Assembly: GCF_035084215.1 (NCBI RefSeq)
Contig: NC_090356.1
Span: forward strand, 11,966,001-12,030,000
Direction: 5' to 3'
Origin: Heptranchias perlo
Lineage: Eukaryota
DNA: 64,000 bases
The notes beneath the pieces are model-generated. The model was given only the letters and a program-made list of their open reading frames with translations, was not told the origin of the DNA and did not search any database. How positions within the stretch are numbered: position 1 is the stretch's first letter; each line of letters opens with the position of its first letter. Below are positions 51,859 to 64,000 of this stretch, piece after piece. A program made the translations under genes and the position numbers.

Positions 51859-51883
51859 GATTATCAGGAGTAGGCTGTATTAT

Positions 51884-52259
51884 GTTATTAAAATTCTCAT
51901 CCTTGTTTTCAAATCCCTCCATGGCTCTGCCCCTCCCCATCTCTGTAACCTCCTCCAGCCCTCCGAGATCTCTGCACTGCTCTTGCGCATCCTCGATTTT
52001 AATCGCTCCACTAATGGCGGCTGTGCCTTCAGCAGCCTAGGCCCTAAACTCTGGAATTCCCTCCCTAAACCTCTCTGCCTCTCGACCCCTCTCTCCTCCT
52101 TTTAAGGTGCTCCTTACAACTTACCTCTTTGACCAAGCTTTTTGGTCACCTGAACTAATACCTCCTTATGTGGCTCAGTGTCAAACTTTGTTTGAAAATC
52201 ACTCCTGCGAAGCACCTTGCGACCTTTTAATACATTTATTACATATAAATGCAAGTTGT
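51884..52259 (+). mobile_element. L2 LINE 3' end
   Basis: Reverse complement of 11011-11400 (TTAAAATTCTCATCCTTGTTTTCAAA...CTCTGGAATTCCCTCCCTAAAC...ATATAAATGCAAG). Confidence 0.9.
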
Positions 52260-52725
52260 TCAAATTAGCTAGTACTCAGTGCACACAAGTGTTAATAAAG
52301 GGAAAAAGCATAGTTCACTGTATTTGCATTAACTACCACTGTAATCTGAGTTTCATAGAATGAGAAATGACCCTCTTCTCACAAAGTAGAAATACTTTTG
52401 CCAACCTGTGATTTTACTAAACAAAACATAACTTTAAACTTTTGGATTTCAATGACTAGTTCTGTTAATCTTTGAATTTGTGATCTTTGAACATGGAATT
52501 CTAGATTAGAGGTGGATTCCTCATTGTTAACCTGAATTGAATGTCATTAGAAATTTGCACATGATGGTAAGCTGCAAAGCTTCGGTGTCAGAGCTCTCTC
52601 TCCCAGATCACTTTTTTAGTCTTTCCAATTCTAGCCATTTTAGTCCAAGTTCAGCGGCAGTTGTTACCAGTGTTGCTTCATTACAAATGTTTGGGAACAG
52701 AGACCTTTCCGTTGTACTAGCAAAT

Positions 52726-53268
52726 CATAAGAACGTAAGAACATAAGAAATAGGAGCAGGAGTAGGCCCCTTGAGCCTGCTCTGCCATTCAATAAGATCA
52801 TGGCTGATCTTCAACCTCAGCTCCACTTTCCTGCCCGATCCCCAGATCCCTTGATTCGCCTAGAGTCCAAAAATCTATCTATCTCAGCCTTGAATATATT
52901 CAATGACTCAGCATCCACAGTCCTCTGGGGTAGAGAATTCCAAAGATTCAGAGCCCTCCAAGTGAAGAAATTCCTCCTCATCTCAGTCTTAAATGGCCGA
53001 CCCCTTATCCTGAGACTCTGACCCCTAGTTCTAGACTCTTCAGCCAGGGGAAACAACCTCTCAGCGTCTACCCTGTCAAGTCACCTCAGAATCTTATATG
53101 TTTCAATGAGATCACCTTTCATTCCTCTAAATCAGAGAATATAGGCCCATTCTACTCAATCTCTCATCATAGGACAACCCTCTCATCCCAGGAATCAATC
53201 CAGTGAAACTTTGTTGCACTGCCTCTAAGGCAAGTATATCCTTCCTTAGATAAGGAAACCAAAACCGT
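52726..53268 (-). mobile_element. CR1 3' fragment
   Basis: ORF 52817..53056(-): FPLAEESRTRGQSLRIRGRPFKTEMRRNFFT...LWNSLP; CATAAGAA-type tail. Confidence 0.9.
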
Positions 53269-56200
53269 GCGAAGGTTTACAATATTGATTAACTTGTGAT
53301 TGTATACTTGAATGTCAAACAAGTTGAGAATTATTAAATATACTTGGATACAGAAATCTTAAAACTCTCCATATGATGGCAGAAACTTTTTGAAGACAAC
53401 TTTTTAATCTTTTCGCCCCTCCCTTTGTGTGAAGGCAGCCAGAAGGTTGAGCTGGTAAAAACAACTATTACATTTTAAATTCTGTGGGTATTGTTGCCTT
53501 CGAGTGAAAATCTTACATTAATTATTATCAGTCACTGACTGACTGAAATCTTGGCACTTCCTGTTGCATTGCAGTCAGTAGGGAACAGGTAGATTTCAGC
53601 TCACAATCGCAGATGGTAATAAATATGGACAGGCAGCTCCTGTAGTGCTGGCACTTGCTGTATTCAAACTAAATATTGCAAACTCAGACCATTCCTAGGA
53701 TTGAATGGTCACTGAACTAGCGACAGGGCTGCAGTGACTGTTGAGTATTGAGGAAGAAATGGGGGGAAAAACATTGAAAGAGAATCAGTTCCTAGAAAAG
53801 AGAATCTGAGAAAGAAAGTAAAGGAAAATTAGAAAAAAAAACACAAAATGATGTGAAAGATGCAAGCTTTTATTTTAATCAAAGTTTTCTTAACCCCTCC
53901 CATCAAAAACATGCAGCTACCCTTGAAAATATTATTTTTGCCCTTTGACTACTTCTCTTGGTGGTACTATGGTATATTTGTACGTGTGTGTAACGGTTGT
54001 AGTTGGGCAAAGAATAAGGTTTAAGAATACTTGCGAACTTGTAGTGAATCATTGGTTTGAGATGGAGTTCTGTATATTATGTGAAGAACAATCTGTTCCA
54101 TTGCTTAGCCATCACACCAGCTGGCACCTGCTCTAAAGCAATGCTGTATCATAACCTCTTAATGTATTAGGCTTCTGGGCAAGGATTCCTTTGGTTTGTG
54201 ATGATAGAATCCAGAGAATTATACAGCGCAGGAGGAGATGCCCATGTGCCAGCTTGCCTTCCTGTATTGATTGTGTGTGTGTGTGTTCACCTTCAAATTC
54301 ATTTTCGCTTGGGTTCTGGTTTGTAATGACTAAAACTGCTATTTTGATGAGTTGGTGCCTAGTAGAGTTGTGCTGGTCCGTGGTCTCGCATGTGGCCATA
54401 CCAACTTCATGCATGAATTGCTCATGTGACACTGCATTTAACCTCTAGAACTTCCCTAAGATTTGAATGCTGAGTATCTATGAAGTGTAAAAAAATTTGA
54501 GATAGAATGCATATCTGACATTTTTCCAATTGTAATGCCTGATTTTGAGATTGAATTCAAGCAGCGGTTCGACTGCTCCCCCTCGTGTCTCAGTGAGTTT
54601 CATTCTTTCTTACACTAAGTTCTAGGTATTCTCAATCTTTGTTAAAGATTCTATAATACCACTGCTACAGCTACTAGTAACATCTTGGTTTGGATTTCTG
54701 GAAGCCAAGAACTTAAGTAGAAAATAGTGGACATCAATATAAATTGGACTAAAGACAATTAAACCTTCTTTCTTAATGGCGGAATACATGTGGCTCCAAA
54801 AATGATGCGCTCCACAGTGGTTTGCAGTGTGTTCTATGGCGGGTTGGCTAATTGTATTTTATTTGTCTTGCAGCACTTTCACAAGCAAAAGCATTGAATA
54901 GTATACCACTTTTTGTATTTGTTTGCTTTTCCGTGAGCCAGTCAGTCGTGTTGGTCTGACTCTGATCCTGAGTTGTTGCGAAACTAAACCCTGTTGTCCT
55001 TGACTCACAATGTGATTAGCTGGCGTCTAATGAAATTTCTATTCCCACTTCCAATTGAGCAATTTGGAATCTTCTATCCTCTTCCTGTCCAAAAGTGCTT
55101 TAAAATAGTATGGGTCATGTTCTGAATGTGCTGTGAAGTCTGATCTTTGCAGTATTCCTATTGCTTCTCCAGATCTAAAATGTTGTTATTTTTATAAATG
55201 ATACAGGATTCCCTCTCTTCTCTGCTCTCTCCCCAAATTAGGAAAAATGGACCTCTTCCATTGTATTAAAGAAGCTGGCTTAGTCTAAATCCAAGTTGCA
55301 TGTTGCTTAGTCTTTAGTGGGTCTAATTTTGGAATGTTATTACAACATCTGGTGCATGTGAATATTCGTCATTCATTTGAATTCCTGATTATGTGTGTGA
55401 TGAATGGACTTGTGCCTGTGTTTTTGATTTGGTGGGCAATGGATTACCCTTTCAAAATGTCAGGTTGCGTATGTGCATTTATAGGGTCTACAACAGTGGG
55501 AAAGCTTCGACCAAGGAGGAAATAGAAACCCTTAGCCCAGTTCTAATTTAGAAAGCACATCATATTAATAATTTCTATATTTATCCTAAACTTCTTGGAA
55601 AAGACCACTTCCCTGGATAAAGATGGATTGTATTTTGTGCTTCTAAAAACAAATGTTTTTGGCTTCCATTTAAAGTGGAGAGAATTGCTTGCTAGTGCTT
55701 CTGGTTAACTGTACATACCACAGTATTAATAAATCGTTTTTTGGCCGAGAGAGTCTAAATTGTTTTGGACGTGTCCTTCAATAACCGAACTGTAAATGGT
55801 GATGTCTCTCGGACTTGCAAAGATCTTGGATAACAATTTTTGTATATTGGGTGAATTTTTGTGTAGCTAAATGTAACAAATGGTAATGACATCTGGTGCT
55901 CTTTCCCTGCCCCTCCCACACCCACTCTTGACAGCATACATTGCCCGTGCTGTTTCCAATTTAGGTACAGCCAGAGACGGCGTGAAGCCTTCTCCTGTGC
56001 CTAATACTGCAGTTTAACACCAACCTGAGAAGAGCACCCCTATTCCTCGATGTGGAAATTGCCATTTCCAACATCAAATATGCTTTGAGTCCGATTAGCA
56101 ATTTACCAAATTATGGCTATTTTTGTACTGCGTACTTGTACCTACATTATCTAGATTGAGACTGTCCAGACTAATTTTGCACAAATAGCTTTAGAGCCAG

Positions 56201-58779
56201 CAGACAGAGAGAGACTTTTATCTTCTATAATCTTTGCTCAATTTGATCTTCTTTCCCAAAGTTGAAAGAACTGTGGGTTGCATTATACTGTGCACACTAT
56301 CTGGATTTTCTGTAATCTTCAACGGGATGACCTTAAAGATGTGAAATGTTATTTTCAGGGGCCTTAAAATTGCTCATATACCTTTTGTAGATAGCATTTG
56401 AGAGTGAGTTTTGCTTTATGCTAGGCTGAAAAGTGCAGTGCACATTTGTTTGATTGTAACTTATGGATTAAACTGATTTTGATGAGGAAAGATTACAATC
56501 GTTCTTGCATAGTTTGACTTTGTAACGGAAGCATGTAGTGGCCTCCATTCTATTTACTGTTAATGTAATTTGCTGAAGGTTGACTAGCTTGTGATTGGTA
56601 GAAGGGCTATTGCATTTATATTGCATTGTATTTGTTCAGTTTATTTAGATCACAAAATTATGACCTGGAACACTTGACGACAGTGAGCTGTTTGCACCAT
56701 GAGCAATGCAGCTGATAACACTGCAGTGTTAGTTAGTTTTGTTTGTTTGAGTTGATACATAATTACATTTGCATTTATAATTACTTTAGGTCCTTTTTCT
56801 CAGACTTTATAAAAACCGGCGTGCATTTGATTGATGCACATCGAAAAGTTTAGTTACATCCTGTTAATAACTTTGTCATTACGTTTAACCTTTTACATCT
56901 GCTAAAGCTCTCTGGTACTGTGAGGGGGAAAAAGTCATTTCATACTCTAAATTTACACTGGACTGCTGAAATGGCATGTTTAATTGGGTACGCCGGGTAA
57001 TTAGTTACTGTAGAAATCAGTAAGGTCGTCGTGCACACCAACCAGGGGCTTGCTTTCTCTGGAAATGTTTGGACCATATGCTGAGTGTATCATTCCCCAG
57101 CTGGTGAGTGATATTTATAGGCCGTCTATCTGTACCGACAGCTGAACCGAGTCCTTGAGAGTGCATGTTAAGTCTGAAAGTTTGTCAGGGATCTCTGGGA
57201 TTTACAGACACACCTGTCTCAATTTCTCCTTTTACCCGATTGCCCTGTTTTTTTTTCCGAGAAATTCAAAGGAGACAAGCAGCAGTCCTTGTGAATTCCA
57301 TGTGCCATATGCTATGCATTTCATGTCTTGGAAACCCAGCTGCGTATACATTCAAAATTCCAAAGGGAATTATCTCTTGATGTCTTCTGTATGTGTTGGG
57401 ATTAACTGTGAAGATCAAAAGTTAACAGATTTCCAATAGAATATTGGATTGACATTTTTAGCATACTTTTCAAGCAGGACTGAAAGCCTGGTTTCTTATT
57501 TTCATTACTTTGCAGTGAGAGATCTATGTAGGTGCATGGAATTTCCAACAATAAGTTAATCTCAAAAAAGGGAAAAATGAAGGGAGGGGAGTTTGGGAAT
57601 GTTAGATATTGTGGCACAGCTGGTTATGTTGTGATTCTTTCTTTCCCTCCCTCGGAGTTTCACATGCTGGATATTTTCTCAACGTTAAAAAAAAAAATTT
57701 GGGTCCGCTGAAGGTGCTTACTCTGGTTCAGTGGCGTACATCACTCCCATAAGTGCACCCCATGCTCCTTGCATGGTGGAGTAGAGAGACAGTGCCCATT
57801 ATCTATCAATCTGATAGCATAATCCAGGGGAATAACAGTAGTCCCTCCTTGTGTCATTCATATGTGCCCCCAATTGCCCCTCTAATCTTTTTGAAGGTAG
57901 ATGGAGAAAACACCGAGTAAGGTGAGGCCAGATACGAATTGTTAAACTGCCTTATTTCACGAGTGAACACAGAGAACAAGCTATGATTGGACTGATTTGA
58001 ATTAAATCAGTACAACTTGTCTTTGCATAAAAATACAAAAATAATGAACATGCAACAGTTGCCTTGCTTGACTTAAACAAAATAACGTTAACTAACCTTC
58101 ACCATTTTCCATTTGAGCCTGGCGAAAGTTTGCCTTTTCAGCTGTCTTTTCAAAGACCTATCTGTCCTTGCAGGCTTTGCTGGACCTGGCTGTCGGTGAG
58201 TGAGTGTTCCTTTTTAGCTGTTGAGAAACAGAAGGGAAGGCCTGCCAGACTCCTCCTGCTGACCGCCTGGGACTAGAGACTTGTCAACACAATGGGTTTT
58301 AGATGTTTATCGATTACCAAGCCAAGCTAACAAATAGGTCGTGGGTTGAGGGCGGGGAGGAGATCAACATTTTAAAAAAAAAAGATTATTTTTCAAATCC
58401 TTTCTGTGGGAAAAATTGGTTTAACCCCCCCCATCCACCAAAACATGCCCCCTCAGAAGGAGATGGCATTCCTGGGATACTGTTGTGTAGTACTTGGTAG
58501 TGACTTTTGGACACTGTGGGAGATGAACCCGATGTAACTTGTTTAACAAAACAAGGACATTTTTGAAGCGTAAACTTCAAAGTACTGGATGCTTGGGTCA
58601 TTAACTCCTCCATTATGTTTAGAGGATATGAACCTGAATGAATTTGTAAGTTATTTTACAAATTCAATCAGTTCCGAGCACTACTTGGCCTTAAAGTTTG
58701 AAGTTTTTTTTTGATTAAAACCCTCTGGTTGTGCATTCTTGCTTCACGAGAGATTCCATGTTTGTGGGATATTTGATAT

Positions 58780-60071
58780 TTTTATTAGAGTCTGTAATTA
58801 AGGATAGAGTGACTGAACACCTTGAAAATTTTCAGCTGATCAGAGAGAGCCAGCATGGATTTCTAAAGGGTAGGTCATGCCTGATGAACCTGATTGAATT
58901 TTTTGAAGAGGTGCCTAAAGTAGTGAACCGGGGAATGTCTATGGATGTTGTTTATATGGACTTCCAGAAGGCGTTTGATAAAGTCCCTCATAAGAGACTG
59001 TTAGCTAAAGTTGAAGCTCATAGAATTGAGGGCAAATTATTGGCCTGGTTAGGAAATTGGCTGAGCGACAGGAGACAGAGAGTAGGGATAATGGGCAGGT
59101 ACTCAAATTGGCAGGATATGTCTAGTGGTGTCCCACGGGGATCTGTGTTGGGGCCTCAACTGTTCACTATATTTATTAATAACTTAGATATGTAGCTCTC
59201 TATCCAGTCATCTGAGTTTGCCCATGACACAAATATAGGCAGCATTGTAAGCAGTGTAGATGAAAGCATAAAATTACAGAGATATATTAATAGATTAAGT
59301 GAATGGGCAAAACTGTGGCAAATGGATTTCATTGTAGGCAAGTGTGGGTACTTTCTAAATGGTGAAAAAGCTTGAAACAATGGAAGTCCAAAGAGACTTA
59401 GGGGTTCATGGACTGGTACAGAAAATAATCGAAAAGGCTAATGGATTGCTGGCCTTTATACCTAGAGGACTAGAATACAAGAGGATAGAAGTTATGCGAC
59501 AGCCATACGAAGCCCTGGTTAGATCACACCTAGAGTATTGTGTTCAGTTCTGGGCACCGCACCTTAAGAAGGATATATTGACCTTGGAGGGAGTGCAGTG
59601 CAGGTTTACTAGAATGATACCTGGACTCCAAGGGTTAAATTACGAGGAGTGATTACACAAACTAGGGTTGTATTCCCTGGAATTTAGAAAATTAAGGGGT
59701 GATTTGATCAAAGTTTTCAAGATATCAAGGGGAACGGAGGGTAGATAGGGAGAAACTATTTCTGCTGGTTGGGGAATCTAGAACTAGGGGACATAGCCTA
59801 AAAATTAGAGGCGGGACTTTCAGGAGTGAAGTTAGGAAACCCTTCTACAGTCAAAGAGTGATAGAAGTTCGGAACTCTCTTCCGTAAACGACAGTTGATG
59901 CTAACTCATTTGTTAAATTTAAACCTAAAATTGATAGATTTTTGATAACCAAAGGTATTAAGGGATATGAGGCTACAGCGGATAAATGGAATTAGATCAC
60001 AGATCGGCCATGATCTCGTTGAATGGGGGAACAGGCTCGAGGGACTAAATGGCCTACTCATGTTCCTATGT
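58780..60071 (+). mobile_element. CR1 LINE, 5'-truncated, disrupted RT
   Basis: QHGFLKGRSCL, YMDFQKAFDKVPH, GVPRGSVLGP, LVRSHLEYCVQFWAPH; CR1 tail. Confidence 0.94.
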
Positions 60072-60529
60072 TATTGTATCTACATATTAGGTGCCAAAGA
60101 AATTTCTGTAACTTACTCTAATTCAGGTTGAAAAGTACAGGATGACTCACTGTTCCCAACTTCCAAAATGTTCAGTAAGCATCAGTAATTTTGTGCAGAT
60201 TATCGGATAATCATATTATAATTTGTGCACGTGTTTGCCAGAATAGAGGTGCAGATCCATATCAAAGTAGTGAGGAGAGATCCTTTTGGCCTATGTTTGA
60301 ATCTGGGTAATAGGTAAAGGGATTGACCAAATGAATCTACTACCTGATAACCATTTAATAAACACTGCATCTTTAATTACTATCCCAGTAGTTTTTATGC
60401 AATGATTGTGGGGCAGAATTATGTGTTGTACATACTTATCTTGTGTATGTTGAACGTGGAATTCATTCTAAACCACAGAATGTGGGGCTTCACGCTCTTT
60501 GGGTTGCAAGGTATGGTAGACAACCTTGT

Positions 60530-60753
60530 ACAATTGTAAACAATTTTACAACACCAAGTTATAGTCCAGCAATTTTATTTTAAATTCACAAGCTTTCGGA
60601 GACTTCCTCCTTCCTCAGGTAAACATTTACCTGAGGAAGGAGGAAGTCTCCGAAAGCTTGTGAATTTAAAATAAAATTGCTGGACTATAACTTGGTGTTG
60701 TAAAATTGTTTACAATTGTCAACCCCAGTCCATCACCGGCATCTCCACATCAT
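60530..60753. mobile_element. Family A1 palindromic insertion with 15-bp TSD
   Basis: Perfect 94-bp arms 60530-60623 and 60626-60719, 2-nt spacer; GACAACCTTGTACAA at 60519 and 60754; hammerhead motif on both strands (60584-60623 minus, 60625-60665 plus). Confidence 0.93.
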
Positions 60754-60866
60754 GACAACCTTGTACAAATGCCACATAAAATGGAACCGAGCAAAAGCCC
60801 TAAGGATTAATGTGCACACCATCAGTACATCCAGTTTGATTAAATGGTAATTGGTCACAACAGAGG

Positions 60867-61325
60867 TGTCAGCTGTGGCTCAATGAGCAGCACTCTCGCC
60901 ACTGAGTCTGAAGGTTGTGGGTTCAAGCCCCACTCCAGAGACTTGAGCACAAAGTCTATGCTGGCACTTCAGTACTGAGGGAGTGCTGCACTGTTGGAGA
61001 TGCCATCTTTCATACGAGGCATCAAACCGGGCCCCGTCTGCCCTCTCGGGTGGACATAAAAGATCCCATGGCACTATTTTGAAGAAGAGCAGGGGAATTC
61101 TCCCCGGTGTCCTCCCCATTAACTATCCCTCAATCAACATCACAAACAGATTATTTGGCCATTGTCTCATTGCTGTTTGTGGGACCTTGCTGGGTGCAAA
61201 TTGGCTGCTGCGTTTCCAACATGACAACAGTGACCACACTTCAAAAGTTATTCATTGGCTGTAAAACGCTTTGGGCTATCCTGAGGTTGTGAAAGGCACG
61301 ATATAAATGCAAGTCTTTCCTTTCT
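60867..61325 (+). mobile_element. Full-length tRNA-derived Deu-domain SINE (SacSINE1-like)
   Basis: A-box TGGCTCAATGAG, B-box GGTTCAAGCCC, core TTGCTGTTTGTGGGACCTTGCTGGGTGCAAATTGGCTGC, L2-like tail ATAAATGCAAGTCTTTC. Confidence 0.87.
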
Positions 61326-61572
61326 TATTACTGGAAATAATTGCCCCAAGAGCATTGCTAGAAGCTGTTCTGTACTGCATAATAATAAAAAAATACCATA
61401 CTACACTAATACTCCACTCAGATAGCATGCAATTTTGTTTTTAAGAATACCCTGGCAGTTATACAATGTGTGCATCATAAAATATAATACATTGTATATG
61501 ACTCTATTGCATTTGTGCTACTTGGGAAAGGAGGAGATCTTATGTATGCATGCCTTGCTTGACACATGCAGT

Positions 61573-61693
61573 TTGTGGTTCGAGGATTTCAGTTCCACAT
61601 TCACCTGAGGAAGGAGGAAGCCTCCGAAAGCTTGTGGATTTTAAAATAAAATTGTTGGACTATAACTTGGTGTTGTAAAATTGTTTACAATTG
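61573..61693 (+). mobile_element. Family A1 single-arm insertion with 14-bp TSD and hammerhead motif at 61600-61638
   Basis: TTGACACATGCAGT at 61559 and 61691; TTCAC CTGAGGA A GGAGG AAG CCTCC GAAA GCTT GTGGA. Confidence 0.88.
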
Positions 61694-64000
61694 ACACATG
61701 CAGTGAGCATTCTATTCAGTTTTCTATGTAGTAACTCTGACATGGTTTATTAATGGTTATTACTGTGTAGAAAATAATTTTCCTCATACCATTTAGCTTA
61801 AAGATGGCTTTGAAACGAGTGTGACTTAATGAAGTATGCTTCATTTAGCTGCTCAAGCAAATTTATGATGAGCACTTTTTTTTGTTGAGACGTTTTGCAA
61901 CCTTAAAACCTGAGTACAGAACCTTCACTTTTCCAAACCTATCCATTATTTGGTTAGCCTTTTACAGTTCTCTATTAGTTACCAGCTTGGTCTTTTATGG
62001 CACCATAAATTGTCATTTACTGCTTTGGTACCAAAGCAAATTTGGCTCCTGCTTCAGTTGCCCAATTCAGAAATTTTTCAGTCTAAACTTTAGGTTTCGC
62101 CTTCTAATCCTGGTACTAAAAGACAGTCACCTTATCTCATTGTAATAGATGCAGTGGGTTTAATGTGTATTGGAACACTTACAGTTTGCACTTGCTAAAG
62201 TTTTGATTAAAGTGGCAATTTGCAGTGAATGACTAATCATCAACACTCTGTAATGCAGTTCAGTATTTTACATTAATCACATTGCTTTACTTCACCTCAC
62301 CAAGTCTATAGTAAGATCCTTTTAACTAAGTCTTAAATAGCTGAGGTGATGAGGATGTAAGTGGTGGAAAATGCGCTTGTCCCAGGATGTTGCAGAAAAC
62401 AAGTTTGGTTATAGCTATAGATGTCATTTGTTTCCATCTCTGAGCTGGATTCTTAAAACAGGATCTTTTGGGGTAGTGCAGCTCATCGACTGTGCAGCAG
62501 CCATTTTATGATTTGGAAGTTTTTTGGGCATACCTCCAAGGGAAGGACATTGGTAAACAACGTAATAATTTTATTTTCATTTTTTTTGGTAACATTGAGT
62601 GCTCCAAGTGTGGTTTATTTAACGCCAACCTTCTGTGCTCCCCACTGAACCAGTGTGATATTTGTTTCCCATACAAACTATTCTTGTGCCATCTGAGTGA
62701 AACTGACCATTTAGTGCCGAATTGGGAACTGGTTAATGCTGTGGACTTGGACCCACTAGAAACTGATTGTGACTGCACATATTTGCTTCATTTTAGAGTT
62801 TTATATTAGCACGATGAGACTTTTTTTATAATTTATGTCCATAACAGTGTAAATGTGGTGCAAAACTTCTGGGATAGAGCTGCAGAATTACAAATTGCAG
62901 CAGATGAATCACTTCTGTTGAGACCTAGGTGGTGTGGCGATGGTATAACATTTTGTTGAGGTTCTTGTGCTGTAGCTCAAATACAACCCGCATTGCGATG
63001 TGTGGGGTTACCTTCATCTGACCACCAATTCCAGCTCTTCAGGCTGCTTCAGTAGGTCAAGATCGCGAGCCACGCAGTTGGGAGCTGTGGATTCCTCTGA
63101 ACTATTAGCTACAGTAAGCAAGCATGCACTTGCACCACTGGTTCACGTATCTCAGATGCATGTGCGATTGTGGCTGAAACTGGAGCACAAAGTTGTGCTG
63201 CCAACATTGAGCTGTCTACATATTACTCTGCACCCACCAGTGTACCATTTACCTGTGTTAGTGAAGGAGACATGCTAAATAGTGCGACCTGACTTGTGCC
63301 AGATACATTGGTATAACAAGGACTCCCTATCTAATTGGAAGTTCGGGAATTTGGAAGAAATCTGTTATGGAAGACACTGTGTGAGAGAACCCTCCTTAAG
63401 ATTAGTGCTGATTAGTTTGAGATTTGCTGGTCAGAAAAGTAAATGTAGTCCCATTATTTGTGTGACGTCCTCTGTTATTTTTTGTTTGGAAGAGCACTAT
63501 GAAATAGATTGAAATTTATTGTATGATTAAAAAAAAATCTGTTTGTTGATCTAGAGTAGAGTTGGCCTTATCTTAGGGTGTTTATCAGTCCTGCTGCTGG
63601 AAGGTAGGCGAAATACTGTACATGCATGATTGTACCATCCAGTTCAAAGAACGAGGTGTTTCATTCTTGACCCCACCATCGCACTTTTGTAGGACTGGAT
63701 ATTGGGCAGTAAAAGTAAACTTCTGATCATAAGGATCTGTTTATGGGAAAGACCGATGACACTGAACCACAAGCAAATATCGAGTGTGGACCCAACATTT
63801 GTAACGTGCACCTTAAGGAATATTGAAACTGGTCAGGGGATTCAAATGTGATTAATTTGATTCAGATGATGAGCAATATAATTGTTTGCTAAGTGCTGAA
63901 TTTAGGCCATTTTAAAAACAGCTGCAGGCCAAAAAGCTAAATTTTCAGAGGCTTTAAATTTCATTTTTTTTTTCTTCACTTGGTGTGATCTGAGTTTGCT

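Noticed and set aside
51569-51940. Similar short ORFs (...GYSPTVLFENHKLSEAFSFV...) here and at 34414-34757
   Set aside because: The similarity only reflects translation of the same non-coding repeat on both arms.
60867-60940. tRNA gene (also at 12338, 22559, 28012)
   Set aside because: A and B boxes are present but continue into SINE body and tail; no complete cloverleaf.
36942-64000. Next KIF1B coding exon (expected IINPK...FDYSYWSH)
   Set aside because: Not found by eye. It probably lies beyond the window, so this span is treated as intron.

Overview
Vertebrate genomic DNA, inferred to be cartilaginous fish (shark-like) from its repeat families. The left part holds the last 10 coding exons of UBE4B (+ strand, 1322-17841), which end in the U-box and stop codon. 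A CpG-rich promoter follows at about 35.4-36.0 kb, then a putative non-coding first exon and the first coding exon of KIF1B (36836-36941). The remaining ~27 kb looks like one long KIF1B intron. The UBE4B-KIF1B order matches human 1p36. Introns and the intergenic space are filled with decayed CR1 and L2 LINE fragments and tRNA-derived SINEs. The most notable signal is a family of short, young Penelope-like terminal-repeat insertions at 7 loci. Each carries a minimal type-I hammerhead ribozyme core (CUGANGA...GAAAGCUU). Several form perfect 90-94 bp palindromes flanked by 14-15 bp target-site duplications, and two subfamilies covary in a structure-preserving way. A second, older hammerhead-bearing family is also present. 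The KIF1B promoter is two-fold symmetric, and a speculative spliced antisense transcript may run from it toward UBE4B. Exon boundaries were read by hand from GT-AG sites; repeat boundaries are approximate.
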